Positions 19,449 to 28,534 of a stretch of 64,000 nt of DNA are shown one piece after another (the stretch's first letter is position 1; every line of letters begins with the position of its first letter). Location of the stretch: positions 22,864-86,863 of the forward strand of contig CAVUFY010000011.1 of the NCBI GenBank assembly GCA_963740905.1, given 5' to 3'. A model generated the notes under the pieces. That model ran no database searches and was not told the origin of the DNA. It saw only the letters and a program-made list of their open reading frames with translations. Source of the stretch: an uncultured delta proteobacterium (GTDB taxonomy: Bacteria > Desulfobacterota > DSM-4660 > Desulfatiglandales > HGW-15). The translations under genes and the position numbers were made by a program.

Positions 19449-21524
19449 TCACTTCCGCTGACCCCGGCCTTTAATTGCTTTTTCCGCTTTACCAGACAGG
19501 TCATCCAAACTGGGGAAAGTGTGACGGTACCCCGCATGCTCCGCCAGGGATTTCAGGACATCCCAGGAAGTCATGACCCCTTCAGGGGGATCGAGTATCT
19601 TTTGCTTATACGTCACGTCCCTTCCGTCCAGGGATGTGAATGAGCCATGCTCTTCTGTCCACAAAGGCTTTGGAATGACCGCACGAACTTTTTCGGCCAG
19701 GCTCTCCGGAAAATAGGGGCTGATGACAGCAAGGAAATCCGGATCCCCTACACGGGCCAGAGCAGGAGATTCAAGATCCCTGGCATGACTTAGGACCATG
19801 ATCCCGCTCTTCCCTATTTCAGTTTTCCCGTTCCCGCAAAGCCCGAGTTTCCTCGCTCCCGCGCTGTTCCCGAAAGGCTTCAGGGTCATGAGCCGCACCA
19901 CATCGCCCGAGGCTGTGCCCTTTGCCCGGGCCAGTTTCAGGGCATCCTGGAATGCCGCCGCGCTTTTCAACCCTGTGACCCCTTCCCCGACCATGAGAAG
20001 AGGACTGGCGGACAGGGCAAAAGCCTCTGCCATGTCGTAGAAAGCCTTTTTCTCATCCTTAGACAACGCCGCGTCCTTCAGCAGGCCCTGAACATCGCCC
20101 TTCACACCTCGAGGAACCGCTTTGCCTTTCCTCGACGGCTTTTTCATCCGGTCGGCCACTTCCAGCCGGAAGGCCTTAATGAGAGAGGGGAGCTTTCTGC
20201 CGTCCACAGGGAATTCAAAAGCCGCGAAGGGAGGCATGCAATCCATTTCTCCAATCACCGCCACCTTCAGCCCCCTTTCGATGATGCCCCGCCTGATCAG
20301 GGAAGACAGCATGGGCTGAGTCTGATACAGATTGGCTCCGAGGAGAGCGATGAAATCGGCTTCGGGGATCATGGCCCACGAGGCCTCCTTAATGGGTTCT
20401 CCGGACCCCTTCTCCTCGACGAGAGAAACAGCCCTGAGGCTGCCGGCGTCGAGGCTCCCCACAAATCCCGCAGAAAACCCTTTGGTCATCAGGTCACGGA
20501 AAAACAGGAACTCCTCGTTGGACGAGGCTCCGGAGATCAACCCGAAAAGGGCGTCTCCTCCCTGCCGGCGCTGGATGGTCTTCAGGTTAGACGCCACAAA
20601 GGCGAAGGCCTCGTTCCAGTCTTTCTCCTTCCATGATCCGTCGGTGTTCTTCACCATAGGCCGGAGGAGGCGCTTGCCGTCGCTCTTGAGCGTCTCAAAC
20701 CGGCCTTTGACGCAGAGCTGACCTCGGTCCGGTCGGCCGTTTTGGCCCAGGTCTCCTTCGATCTTGATGATCGTGTTTTCATGAACATGGTTCACGGTGG
20801 GGCACAGGAGACCGCACTGGGGGCAAACGGAGTCCACCTTCTTCCAGTCCCGAGTATGGCCCTTCACCGCATAATGGGTTCTGTGTCGATTGTAGATAGC
20901 CCCTGTGGGACACACCTGCAGACACACCCCGCAGCCGTAACATGTTGATTCCTCCCTGCTGGCGTGAAGGTCCAGACCCACCATGTTCCGTGGTCCTCGA
21001 TTGTGGAAATTGAGAACATGGTTTCCCGCCAGCTCGGCGCAAGCCCTCACACATCGTCCGCAGAGAATACACCGGTTGTGGTCGATGACCATGTCGTCGT
21101 TGGTCACGTCCGTGGGAAACTCGTTGAAAGAGAAAGAAACGGTCAGGTGATCCATCCCCAGCCCATAGGCCAGCTTCTGGAGCTCGCAGTCACCGCTTTG
21201 GGGACAGAACATGCAGTTGTGATTCCTCTCCGCAAACAGGAACTCCAGGATGGTCCGCCTGCTCTCGACGATGCGTTCGTTGGCGGTGACCACTTCCATG
21301 CCATCCCGAACAGGCGTGACACAGCTCGCGGCAAGCTTGGGAGCGCCGTCGATCTCTACTACGCACATCCTGCATCCCCCCCAGTTCGAAAGGGCGGAAT
21401 GGTAGCAGAGCGTGGGGATGGGAATGCCGTTCTTTTCCGCCGCTTCAAGGACGGTTATCCCTTCCGCTACCGTCAACTCCTTCCCGTCCATGGTAATCTT
21501 CACTGTCTTTTGATTAGCGTCCAT
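19449..21524 (-). CDS. Extended HoxU/NuoG-like Fe-S subunit (HydA-type) with apparently cofactor-less molybdopterin-fold C-terminus
   Basis: PTLC..GCRMC..ASC [2Fe-2S], HNCMFC..C, CILCGRC..C, CYGCGVC..CP and CPQCGLLC..GQLC; the remaining ~400 aa is Fdh/NuoG-like with no recognisable Mo/W ligand motif. Confidence 0.85.
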   Translation of the reverse strand: MDANQKTVKITMDGKELTVAEGITVLEAAEKNGIPIPTLCYHSALSNWGGCRMCVVEIDGAPKLAASCVTPVRDGMEVVTANERIVESRRTILEFLFAERNHNCMFCPQSGDCELQKLAYGLGMDHLTVSFSFNEFPTDVTNDDMVIDHNRCILCGRCVRACAELAGNHVLNFHNRGPRNMVGLDLHASREESTCYGCGVCLQVCPTGAIYNRHRTHYAVKGHTRDWKKVDSVCPQCGLLCPTVNHVHENTIIKIEGDLGQNGRPDRGQLCVKGRFETLKSDGKRLLRPMVKNTDGSWKEKDWNEAFAFVASNLKTIQRRQGGDALFGLISGASSNEEFLFFRDLMTKGFSAGFVGSLDAGSLRAVSLVEEKGSGEPIKEASWAMIPEADFIALLGANLYQTQPMLSSLIRRGIIERGLKVAVIGEMDCMPPFAAFEFPVDGRKLPSLIKAFRLEVADRMKKPSRKGKAVPRGVKGDVQGLLKDAALSKDEKKAFYDMAEAFALSASPLLMVGEGVTGLKSAAAFQDALKLARAKGTASGDVVRLMTLKPFGNSAGARKLGLCGNGKTEIGKSGIMVLSHARDLESPALARVGDPDFLAVISPYFPESLAEKVRAVIPKPLWTEEHGSFTSLDGRDVTYKQKILDPPEGVMTSWDVLKSLAEHAGYRHTFPSLDDLSGKAEKAIKGRGQRK

Positions 21525-21542
21525 AGTTCTCTTTTCTCCCTT

Positions 21543-21568
21543 ATGAAATCTGCTTTGACAGATTTCAT
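21543..21568. repeat. Short palindrome ATGAAATCTG-N6-CAGATTTCAT
   Basis: Perfect 10-bp arms abutting a stop codon; related copies at 54284-54319 and 63142-63168. Confidence 0.7.
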
Positions 21569-24500
21569 CACGCCTTTACATCGCACCGAAGGCACCGGCA
21601 CGACTCCTGGAATGCATCCTCCTCGGACAGGCCGAGTTCCACCTCGCGAAAATCCTTGATGCGTTCCCGGCATTCGGTCTCCAGTGTGCAGGCCCGGTTG
21701 ATTTCCCGGATTTCTTCTTCCACGGTCATGGGAATGTCGATGTCAACGTCGTGCGCGACAAATGCCGGCTCACCGTTTCTCTTGCGAATGACAAGATCAA
21801 TCTCATCCGCAGCATGGTGTCCTGCCGCAATGGCGTTCACCACCGTATCGGGCCCCGTCACCACGTCTCCGCCGGCAAACACCATGGAGACGTTTGTTTC
21901 CGTTTTCTTGCCACTGGCCACCTCGACGAGGCCTCGCTTGTTCACGGGCACACCGCCGTCTCCCGAAACAAACGGGTATTCAGGCTCTTGGCCGATCGCC
22001 AGGATGACCTGATTCGCGTCGAGGAAGAAGTCTTCGCCCAGTTTCGACACCGGCTTCTTGCGGCCGGTGCCGTCGAACTCTCCCAGAATCATGTCTTGGC
22101 AAACCACCTTTTCGAGGCGGCCGTTGGACCCCAGAAACTTGGAAGGAGCCGTCAGGTACCTGATCTTCACGCCCTCTTCTTCCGCGGCTCTGATCTCTTC
22201 TTCCTGGGCCGGCATATCTTCTCTCAATCGACGGTAAAGAATGGTTACCTCCTTTGCCCCCAGTCGCACGGCCGATCGGGAGGCATCAATGGCGGAGTTT
22301 CCGCCTCCCACCACGGCCACTCGTTCTCCCACGGGAGGATTCATCCCCAGGTTCACATCCCTGAGGAACTCGACAGCCCCTACCACGCCGTTCAGGTTTC
22401 CTCCTTCCATGGAAAATCCGACGCTTCGTTGAGCGCCGATCGCAAGGTACACGGCTCCGAAGGAATTCCGGACATCTTCCCATGGTACATCCCGGCCCAC
22501 CTTAGTGTTGGCTCGGAGTTCCACCCCCAGGTTCAGGATGTCGTCAATCTCCCGTCTGAGAATGTCCCTGGGCAGGCGGTATTCGGGAATACCCCACCGG
22601 AGCATGCCTCCAGGCTCCGGATATTCGTCGAAGATAGTGACGGCGTATCCCCTGAGCGCCAGGTCTTTCGCCGCGGTCAGGCCGGACGGTCCGGCGCCGA
22701 TGACGGCGATTTTCTCTCTTCTGGTGATTTCCGGCCTGGGCACCGAGGGCCGAGTCCCGCGGTCGGTGATGAACCGCTTGAGGTTCTTAATGCTCACCGG
22801 TTCGTCCACTGTGGCCCGCCGGCACTTGGATTCGCAGTAATGGTTGCAAACCCGCCCGCAAATGCTAGGGAAAGGGTTGGTCTGGAGAAGAACCTTGTAG
22901 GCGTCATCCAGACGGCCGGCCTTGACAAGCGCCACATAGCTCGGAATGTCCATGCCGATGGGGCAGGCATGGATGCATGGCGCCTTGTACAACGAGGAAC
23001 ACACCACGGCCGGGCAGCGTTTTTCCCTGATGTGGGCTTCGTATTCGTGCCTGAAATAGCGGATGGTGGAGAGAACCGGATTGGGCGCCGACTGCCCCAG
23101 ACCGCACAGAGCGGTGTTCTTGATGATGTGTGCCCATCGCTCCAGCTTTTCGATATCGCCTTCCTGACCCTCCCCGTTGCAGATCCCGGTAAGGATCTCC
23201 AGCATCTTCTGGGTTCCCACACGGCAAGGCGTACACTTCCCGCATGATTCATCCCTGCAGAACTCCAGGAAGAAACGGGCCACGTCTACGACACACTTGT
23301 CCTCGTCCATCACGATCATGCCGCCCGACCCGACGATGGCGCCCAGTTGCATGATCGATTCATAGTCTACCGGCGTGTTCAGGTACTGTACCGGTACGCA
23401 TCCGCCCGAAGGACCCCCAAGCTGTACGGCTTTGAACTGCTTTCCTCTGGGGATGCCTCCGCCGATGTCGTGGATGATGGTGCCCAGGGAGATGCCCATG
23501 GGCACCTCCACCAGCCCTACGTTTTTCACGTCACCGGTAAGGGCGAAAACCTTGGTTCCCCGGCTTCGCAATGTCCCCATTCCGGCGTACCACTTCCCGC
23601 CTTTGAGAATGATCTGGGGAATATTGGCCAGGGTCTCCACGTTGTTCAGGATCGTCGGCTTTTTCCACAGCCCCTGCACCGCCGGAAACGGAGGCCGGGG
23701 CCGGGGCATCCCCCGCTTTCCTTCAATGGAGGTCATGAGGGCTGTTTCCTCCCCGCAGACAAAAGCCCCTGCACCCCTGTAGACTTCCACGTCAAAGTCG
23801 AAGCCCGACCCCAGGATGTTTTTCCCCAGCAGGCCGTATTGTCTTGCCTGACTAATGGCGATGTTCAACATCTTCACAGCCAGTGGATATTCGGCCCGGC
23901 AATAGATGTAACCTTGATGGGAGCCGATCGCTTTGGCGGCAATCACCATCCCTTCGAGAACGGCATGGGGGTCAGATTCCAGGACGCACCGGTCCATGAA
24001 TGCGCCGGGGTCTCCCTCGTCCGCATTGCACAGGACATACTTCACCTCCCCGCGAGACCTCGATGCAAACTCCCATTTCATACCTGTGGGAAATCCTGCT
24101 CCGCCCCTCCCCCGAATGCTCGAGGTTTTCACCTCCTTGATAATCTCGTCCGGGGACATCTGATAAAGGGCCTTTGCCACGCCGAAGTAGCCATCCTTCG
24201 CGATGTACTCTTCAATACGTTCGCCCTGGATCAACCCGCGGTTTCTCATGACGACCGGGTTCTGCATGCCGAAGAAGGGAATATCACGAGTGCGGGGCAT
24301 TTTTTCAACGGCCGGGGAAGAGGGTCCTTCAAAATCCATCTCCCTTTGTTCCCAGCCTCTTGCAAACACCCACTCCGAGACTGCCTCTCCTTTGATCACG
24401 TGTTTCCTGAAAATCTCGCGGGCCTTCTCCTCGGTCACCTCGGCATACTTCACCGGCTCCTCTCCCGCGCGCTCCACCGTGATCAGAGGCTCTCTATTGC

Positions 24501-24720
24501 AAATCCCTGCGCATCCGGAGGTCGTAACGGTGATGTCCTTCTTCTTTGAAGACTTCACCTCCTCCTTGAAAGCCCGCAATACCTCGCCTGCCCCTGATGA
24601 GATTCCGCATGTCCCCATGTGGACGGTCACTCTGACCGTATGCTTCCCGCTCTCCAGAAGGGAAGACCTGAGTATCTCTCCTTTAATCCTGTAAAGTTCC
24701 TCGATATTTAGCGCTGGCAT
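21568..24720 (-). CDS. HoxF/HydB (NuoF-like) subunit fused to a GltD/NfnL-like FAD/NAD(P)H oxidoreductase
   Basis: Trx-like ferredoxin (GTCG..GCAGIC..EP), RGRGGAGFPTG, NADEGDPGAFMDR, GAFVCGEETAL, GGPSGG and CGKCTPC..C; then PCIHACP, CGRVC..CE..CRR, GAGPSG, GGGNSA, YRR, GGDVVTGP and RCLRC; start moved to MPALNIEE (SD AAGGAG). Confidence 0.92.
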   Translation of the reverse strand: MPALNIEELYRIKGEILRSSLLESGKHTVRVTVHMGTCGISSGAGEVLRAFKEEVKSSKKKDITVTTSGCAGICNREPLITVERAGEEPVKYAEVTEEKAREIFRKHVIKGEAVSEWVFARGWEQREMDFEGPSSPAVEKMPRTRDIPFFGMQNPVVMRNRGLIQGERIEEYIAKDGYFGVAKALYQMSPDEIIKEVKTSSIRGRGGAGFPTGMKWEFASRSRGEVKYVLCNADEGDPGAFMDRCVLESDPHAVLEGMVIAAKAIGSHQGYIYCRAEYPLAVKMLNIAISQARQYGLLGKNILGSGFDFDVEVYRGAGAFVCGEETALMTSIEGKRGMPRPRPPFPAVQGLWKKPTILNNVETLANIPQIILKGGKWYAGMGTLRSRGTKVFALTGDVKNVGLVEVPMGISLGTIIHDIGGGIPRGKQFKAVQLGGPSGGCVPVQYLNTPVDYESIMQLGAIVGSGGMIVMDEDKCVVDVARFFLEFCRDESCGKCTPCRVGTQKMLEILTGICNGEGQEGDIEKLERWAHIIKNTALCGLGQSAPNPVLSTIRYFRHEYEAHIREKRCPAVVCSSLYKAPCIHACPIGMDIPSYVALVKAGRLDDAYKVLLQTNPFPSICGRVCNHYCESKCRRATVDEPVSIKNLKRFITDRGTRPSVPRPEITRREKIAVIGAGPSGLTAAKDLALRGYAVTIFDEYPEPGGMLRWGIPEYRLPRDILRREIDDILNLGVELRANTKVGRDVPWEDVRNSFGAVYLAIGAQRSVGFSMEGGNLNGVVGAVEFLRDVNLGMNPPVGERVAVVGGGNSAIDASRSAVRLGAKEVTILYRRLREDMPAQEEEIRAAEEEGVKIRYLTAPSKFLGSNGRLEKVVCQDMILGEFDGTGRKKPVSKLGEDFFLDANQVILAIGQEPEYPFVSGDGGVPVNKRGLVEVASGKKTETNVSMVFAGGDVVTGPDTVVNAIAAGHHAADEIDLVIRKRNGEPAFVAHDVDIDIPMTVEEEIREINRACTLETECRERIKDFREVELGLSEEDAFQESCRCLRCDVKA

Positions 24721-24731
24721 GAACTCACTCC

Positions 24732-25244
24732 TTATTTGTCGTATGCGCCCAAGACACCGAGCACTTTCGATGGTTTCATCTGGCGATGGGTATCCTCGTC
24801 CACCACCACAACTGGCGCCAGTCCGCAGGCGCCGAGACATCTCACGGTTTCCAGGGAGAATAGTCTGTCTTGAGTCGTCTCTCCCGGTTCGATTTTCAGT
24901 TTGTCCTTCAGCGTATCCAGGATCTTGCTCCCTCCCCTCACATAGCACGCCGTACCCAGGCAGCACCGGACCGTGTGCTTGCCTCTAGGAGCCATGGTAA
25001 AGAAGGAATAGAACGTGACGACACCGTAAACTTCGCCGAAGGGAATCCGCAGGCCTCTGGCCACTCTTTCAAGAACCGGTTTTGGAAGATATCCGATCGT
25101 CTCCTGGATCTCTTCCAGCACCGGGATAAGCGATCCAGGTTTTGTCCTGTGCCGCTCGACGATCGCATCAATTGCCGCCCATTGTTCGGCCGTAAACTCC
25201 TGCTGTCCTTCCGCCACTGCCTCTTTTTCTTGTTTTGCTGCCAC
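24732..25244 (-). CDS. hoxE: HoxE/HydC (NuoE-like) [2Fe-2S] subunit
   Basis: VYGVVTFYSFF, CLGTACYVRG and CLGACGLAP; GTG start with SD AGGAGG. Confidence 0.92.
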   Translation of the reverse strand: MAAKQEKEAVAEGQQEFTAEQWAAIDAIVERHRTKPGSLIPVLEEIQETIGYLPKPVLERVARGLRIPFGEVYGVVTFYSFFTMAPRGKHTVRCCLGTACYVRGGSKILDTLKDKLKIEPGETTQDRLFSLETVRCLGACGLAPVVVVDEDTHRQMKPSKVLGVLGAYDK

Positions 25245-25274
25245 GGAAAATCCTCCTTTTTCGCACTATGCCCT

Positions 25275-25913
25275 TCACCAGCCGAAGGTCCTGAGCATCT
25301 CCGGGCTGAGGGGCTTTTCAAGCCACCTCTTCTGGTTGGTCGTCAGGGAGCCTACGTGCTTCTCGATCCACTCTGTATCTCCGGTGAGAAGGGCCAGTTT
25401 TTCTGCGTTGTTCAGATTGTACTCCTCAAGGGCATCGGCCCAGTGATGAAACAGGTTGTACACGAATTCCCCGTCCGTCGCGGCTCGATCGAGCACCCGG
25501 ACAATGTCCTCTTTATGGACCAGAGCCTGCTCATCGGGTGGCCGGGAAGCCGAATTTTCGATGGCCAGGGCAACGGCCTCCATGAGATGGTCCGGCGTAA
25601 AGGGCTTCTCTACGTAATCCGCAGCACCGAGCTTCATGGCTTGAACAGCCGAATTTACGGAAGCATAACCCGTGATGATCATCACGGGCAGCATGGGCTT
25701 TGCCCTTTTGATATCCCTTAGCACCAGCATCCCGCCGATGTCGGGCATACGTATATCCGTCAGCACCACGTCATAGTCCTTCCGAACGGCCCATTCCAGC
25801 CCCTGCCTGCCGCTCAACGTCCCTTCTACGTCAAAATTTTCCTCAAGGATCTTTTTCACGCTGTCAAGAATGATCTTCTCGTCGTCAATCACCGGCGCTT
25901 TTCTTCTAGCCAT
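25275..25913 (-). CDS. Response regulator (REC + helical extension), paralog of 11716-12357
   Basis: TDIRMPDIGG, KPF and shared tail HHWADALE..EKLALLTGD.EWIEK..QKRWL..FGW. Confidence 0.9.
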   Translation of the reverse strand: MARRKAPVIDDEKIILDSVKKILEENFDVEGTLSGRQGLEWAVRKDYDVVLTDIRMPDIGGMLVLRDIKRAKPMLPVMIITGYASVNSAVQAMKLGAADYVEKPFTPDHLMEAVALAIENSASRPPDEQALVHKEDIVRVLDRAATDGEFVYNLFHHWADALEEYNLNNAEKLALLTGDTEWIEKHVGSLTTNQKRWLEKPLSPEMLRTFGW

Positions 25914-26274
25914 GGCCTTCCTCCTTCATGAGGACCTGATCGATCGCTTGCACGAGCTCGTCAGGCGTAAATGGTTTGGCCAGGAACTTGGCCGCGTCGG
26001 TCTTGGCAACTTCTTGCATGGTCTCGTTGGTCACGTAGCCGCTCATGATGATCACTGGGATGTCCGGCCATCCCTCTTTCACCTGCCGCATAAGCGTTAT
26101 GCCGTCCTTGCGAGGCATTTTGATGTCCAGGAGAATCAGAGAGAACAACTTTCGGCTCATGGCGTCGAGGGCTTCATCGGCGGATTTCACCAGTTGGATT
26201 TCGAAGCGATCGCTCAGCACTCTCCTGCAACTCTCAAGCACAATCCGTTCATCGTCTACGATAAGAATCCTCAT
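25906..26274 (-). CDS. Single-domain response regulator
   Basis: MRILIVDDE, LDIKMP, MSGY and KPF. Confidence 0.9.
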   Translation of the reverse strand: MRILIVDDERIVLESCRRVLSDRFEIQLVKSADEALDAMSRKLFSLILLDIKMPRKDGITLMRQVKEGWPDIPVIIMSGYVTNETMQEVAKTDAAKFLAKPFTPDELVQAIDQVLMKEEGHG

Positions 26275-26281
26275 CGCCTCC

Positions 26282-28207
26282 TCACACGATCCTCCCCTCG
26301 AAGGGCACCCAGATGGTGAAGGTGCTGCCCATTCCCACCTCGCTCTGAACCCGGATGCTGCCCCCATGCCTCTGCACGATCCCGAGAGAGACGGCCAGTC
26401 CGAGTCCTGTGCCGTGACCGACTTCTTTGGTGGTGAAGAAGGGATCAAACAATTTGTTGAGATGTTCGGCAGGAATGCCGCAGCCCGTGTCAGTGAAGCA
26501 CATCTCCAGCCCTTCCTGGCCGGCCTCATTGACCAGATCGCTGTTCTTCGTCTCTACGGTGATGCTGTCTCCCGGCTTGGTCGCATCAAGGCCGTTGATG
26601 AGGACATTGAGCAGCACGCTTTGGAACTGATTCCTGTCCATGTTGACGGGCGGCAGGTTTTCGCCGGGATTGAACTTGATATCGACTCCTTTCACCAGGG
26701 CCTGATTCTCCATGAGAGAAATGGTGGAGTTCACGAGTTTGTTAACATCCACTTTTTCCCTGTCCGGTGTGGTCTGCCTCGAAAAGTCGAGAAGCCCTTT
26801 CACGATTTTTCTGACCCGCTCCGTGGCTTCAGCAATGGTCTGCAAATCCGCCCGCACTTCTTCGCTGAGGTCCTTGTGCCGCAGCAGCATGTGGGTGTAA
26901 GTCAAAACGCCGGTGAGAGGGTTGTTGATTTCATGGGCCACGCCGGCTGCGAGCCTTCCCACGCTGGCCTGCTTCTCGGACATGATGAGCCGGTTCTGAC
27001 TTTCCATTCTTCTTCGGCCTACCGCGCCTACCATCTCCTTGAAGGCTCTTTGTAAAATCCCTATTTCATCGCCCGACTCGGGACCGATATCCGGAGCGAG
27101 ACTCCCCTCCGTGACCTGCCGGCTCGCTCTGATCAAGCGTCGAATGGGCCGGATGAGCCTGCCGGCGACAAAACAGCCCATTGCCGCGGCGGCCAGCATC
27201 CCCAGCACCGTGATGAAGATGAAAACTGAAAGAGTGCTCCACCGCATGTCCTTGTACTTTTCGTCCAGCACACCCACGCCCAGGATGCCCACGGTACGAC
27301 CGCCCATGTCCTCAATGGGTTCGTAGGATGTGATGTACCAGTCGCTGATGACCGGGGCGCGTCGCGTCCATCGCTCCTTTCTCTCTAAAACATGCTGCCT
27401 CACTTCTTCCGCCACCTTGGTGCCGACGGCGCGGCCTCCATCCTGGGACGGCACATTGGTGGAGACCCGTACGTCGTTGAAAAAGATCGTGGCCCGACCC
27501 ACACTGCGTCCTTTGTATTCCTCGTTTTGGAAAACCGTGTCCTTGACCGTGTCCACGATCTTTGTGTCCCTGTTCAGCAGGACCCCTCCGTAGAGCACAC
27601 CCAGAAATACTCCCTCGTGGACGATGGGTACGCCTGCACCCAGGGCAAGCCCTGCAGTTTCCGCTCTTTTCCTGTTGGGTTGAGTCCCTGGGGTGGGGAT
27701 GATGTCGATTCTGGCCCTTTCAGCGAGCTGAGGATTCTCTTCGAAAAGGAATTCCTGGCTCAGCACGAAGGTCCCTGATACGGAGGCACCCTTTTCCAAC
27801 GCGAAAGCTGCAATAGGGTTGACTGAAGGGTTTCTTCGACTGGGCTCGGCATTGGGTCCCATCCTGCACACGGGCTCGCCGGCTCGGTTCACGATCCCGG
27901 CGAAGTCCAGGCCTGCATACTCGGACATTCGTCCCAGGCGGAAGGTCAGGTCGGATGTGTCTTTTGTTTTCAGGGCCGTGATGAACCCGAACCCGAGAGT
28001 GGTAATATTCAGACAGGCTTCAATGCTTCTTGCTCTGCTCCGGTACAGTTCACGGGCTGCATTCAGGTCGAGACTCACGCGCATCAAAGCTTCACTGCGC
28101 ACGGAATTATCCAGGAGCCGAGTTCCAACGATGAGAGAAAAAGCCCCCACCACAAATGAGACCCCGATGAAGCTCGCTATCAGCTTTGCCCGTATAGAGT
28201 AGAGCAT
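26282..28207 (-). CDS. Cache-HAMP sensor histidine kinase (NtrB-like kinase core)
   Basis: TM, Cache, TM, HAMP, AAGVAHEINNPL, DTGCGI, FDPFFTTK and GTGLGL. Confidence 0.93.
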   Translation of the reverse strand: MLYSIRAKLIASFIGVSFVVGAFSLIVGTRLLDNSVRSEALMRVSLDLNAARELYRSRARSIEACLNITTLGFGFITALKTKDTSDLTFRLGRMSEYAGLDFAGIVNRAGEPVCRMGPNAEPSRRNPSVNPIAAFALEKGASVSGTFVLSQEFLFEENPQLAERARIDIIPTPGTQPNRKRAETAGLALGAGVPIVHEGVFLGVLYGGVLLNRDTKIVDTVKDTVFQNEEYKGRSVGRATIFFNDVRVSTNVPSQDGGRAVGTKVAEEVRQHVLERKERWTRRAPVISDWYITSYEPIEDMGGRTVGILGVGVLDEKYKDMRWSTLSVFIFITVLGMLAAAAMGCFVAGRLIRPIRRLIRASRQVTEGSLAPDIGPESGDEIGILQRAFKEMVGAVGRRRMESQNRLIMSEKQASVGRLAAGVAHEINNPLTGVLTYTHMLLRHKDLSEEVRADLQTIAEATERVRKIVKGLLDFSRQTTPDREKVDVNKLVNSTISLMENQALVKGVDIKFNPGENLPPVNMDRNQFQSVLLNVLINGLDATKPGDSITVETKNSDLVNEAGQEGLEMCFTDTGCGIPAEHLNKLFDPFFTTKEVGHGTGLGLAVSLGIVQRHGGSIRVQSEVGMGSTFTIWVPFEGRIV

Positions 28208-28294
28208 TTCGACCTACTTACCTCAAGGTCTTCCTCCAGAGGGAAGGCATCAGATGAACTCCGGATGAGGACTCCGGAGATCTGGTTTGGAATT

Positions 28295-28311
28295 TTGCAA
28301 GGGTTATGCCA
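28295..28311 (-). promoter_or_regulatory. Sigma54 (-24/-12) promoter of the hydrogenase/two-component block
   Basis: Minus strand reads TGGCAT-AACCC-TTGCAA (GG-N10-GC), ~90 bp upstream of the first gene. Confidence 0.75.
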
Positions 28312-28534
28312 TGGAGGGATTCTTCATGTCGGCGACATAGCGCCCTGATATGTGGAGTAATTTTGATTGCGTAGGTGCGGTGGCTTTCTTCGAGAGCTAC
28401 GCAGGTCTTCAGAAATCTTTCCAGAGTGTAAAGAGGAAAGGAGGATGCTGTCTCCTCAGAGGTGACTCCTCAGACAACAACTTCGCCTTGCAGTGACATT
28501 TTAGCTTTTTGAAATGCAATTCTGATGGTTCCGG

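Noticed and set aside
17320-21524. Selenocysteine ([NiFeSe] hydrogenase or Sec-Fdh)
   Set aside because: The L2 motif is DPCLSC and no in-frame TGA interrupts any subunit
19449-21524. Formate dehydrogenase catalytic subunit (formate hydrogenlyase-like complex)
   Set aside because: No Mo/W ligand motif is seen and the domain is shortened; fdhD lies ~39 kb away
17482-24549. Long + strand ORFs (17482-18855, 21751-23247, 23347-24549 and others)
   Set aside because: Antisense shadows of the hydrogenase genes
24721-24966. 82-aa N-terminal extension of the HoxF-GltD ORF
   Set aside because: Overlaps hoxE out of frame; a good SD precedes ATG 24720
25890-25900. Pro in the first beta-strand of the receiver (KAPVIDD versus RVLVIDD in the paralog)
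   Set aside because: A single CTG/CCG difference; cannot separate mutation from base-call error
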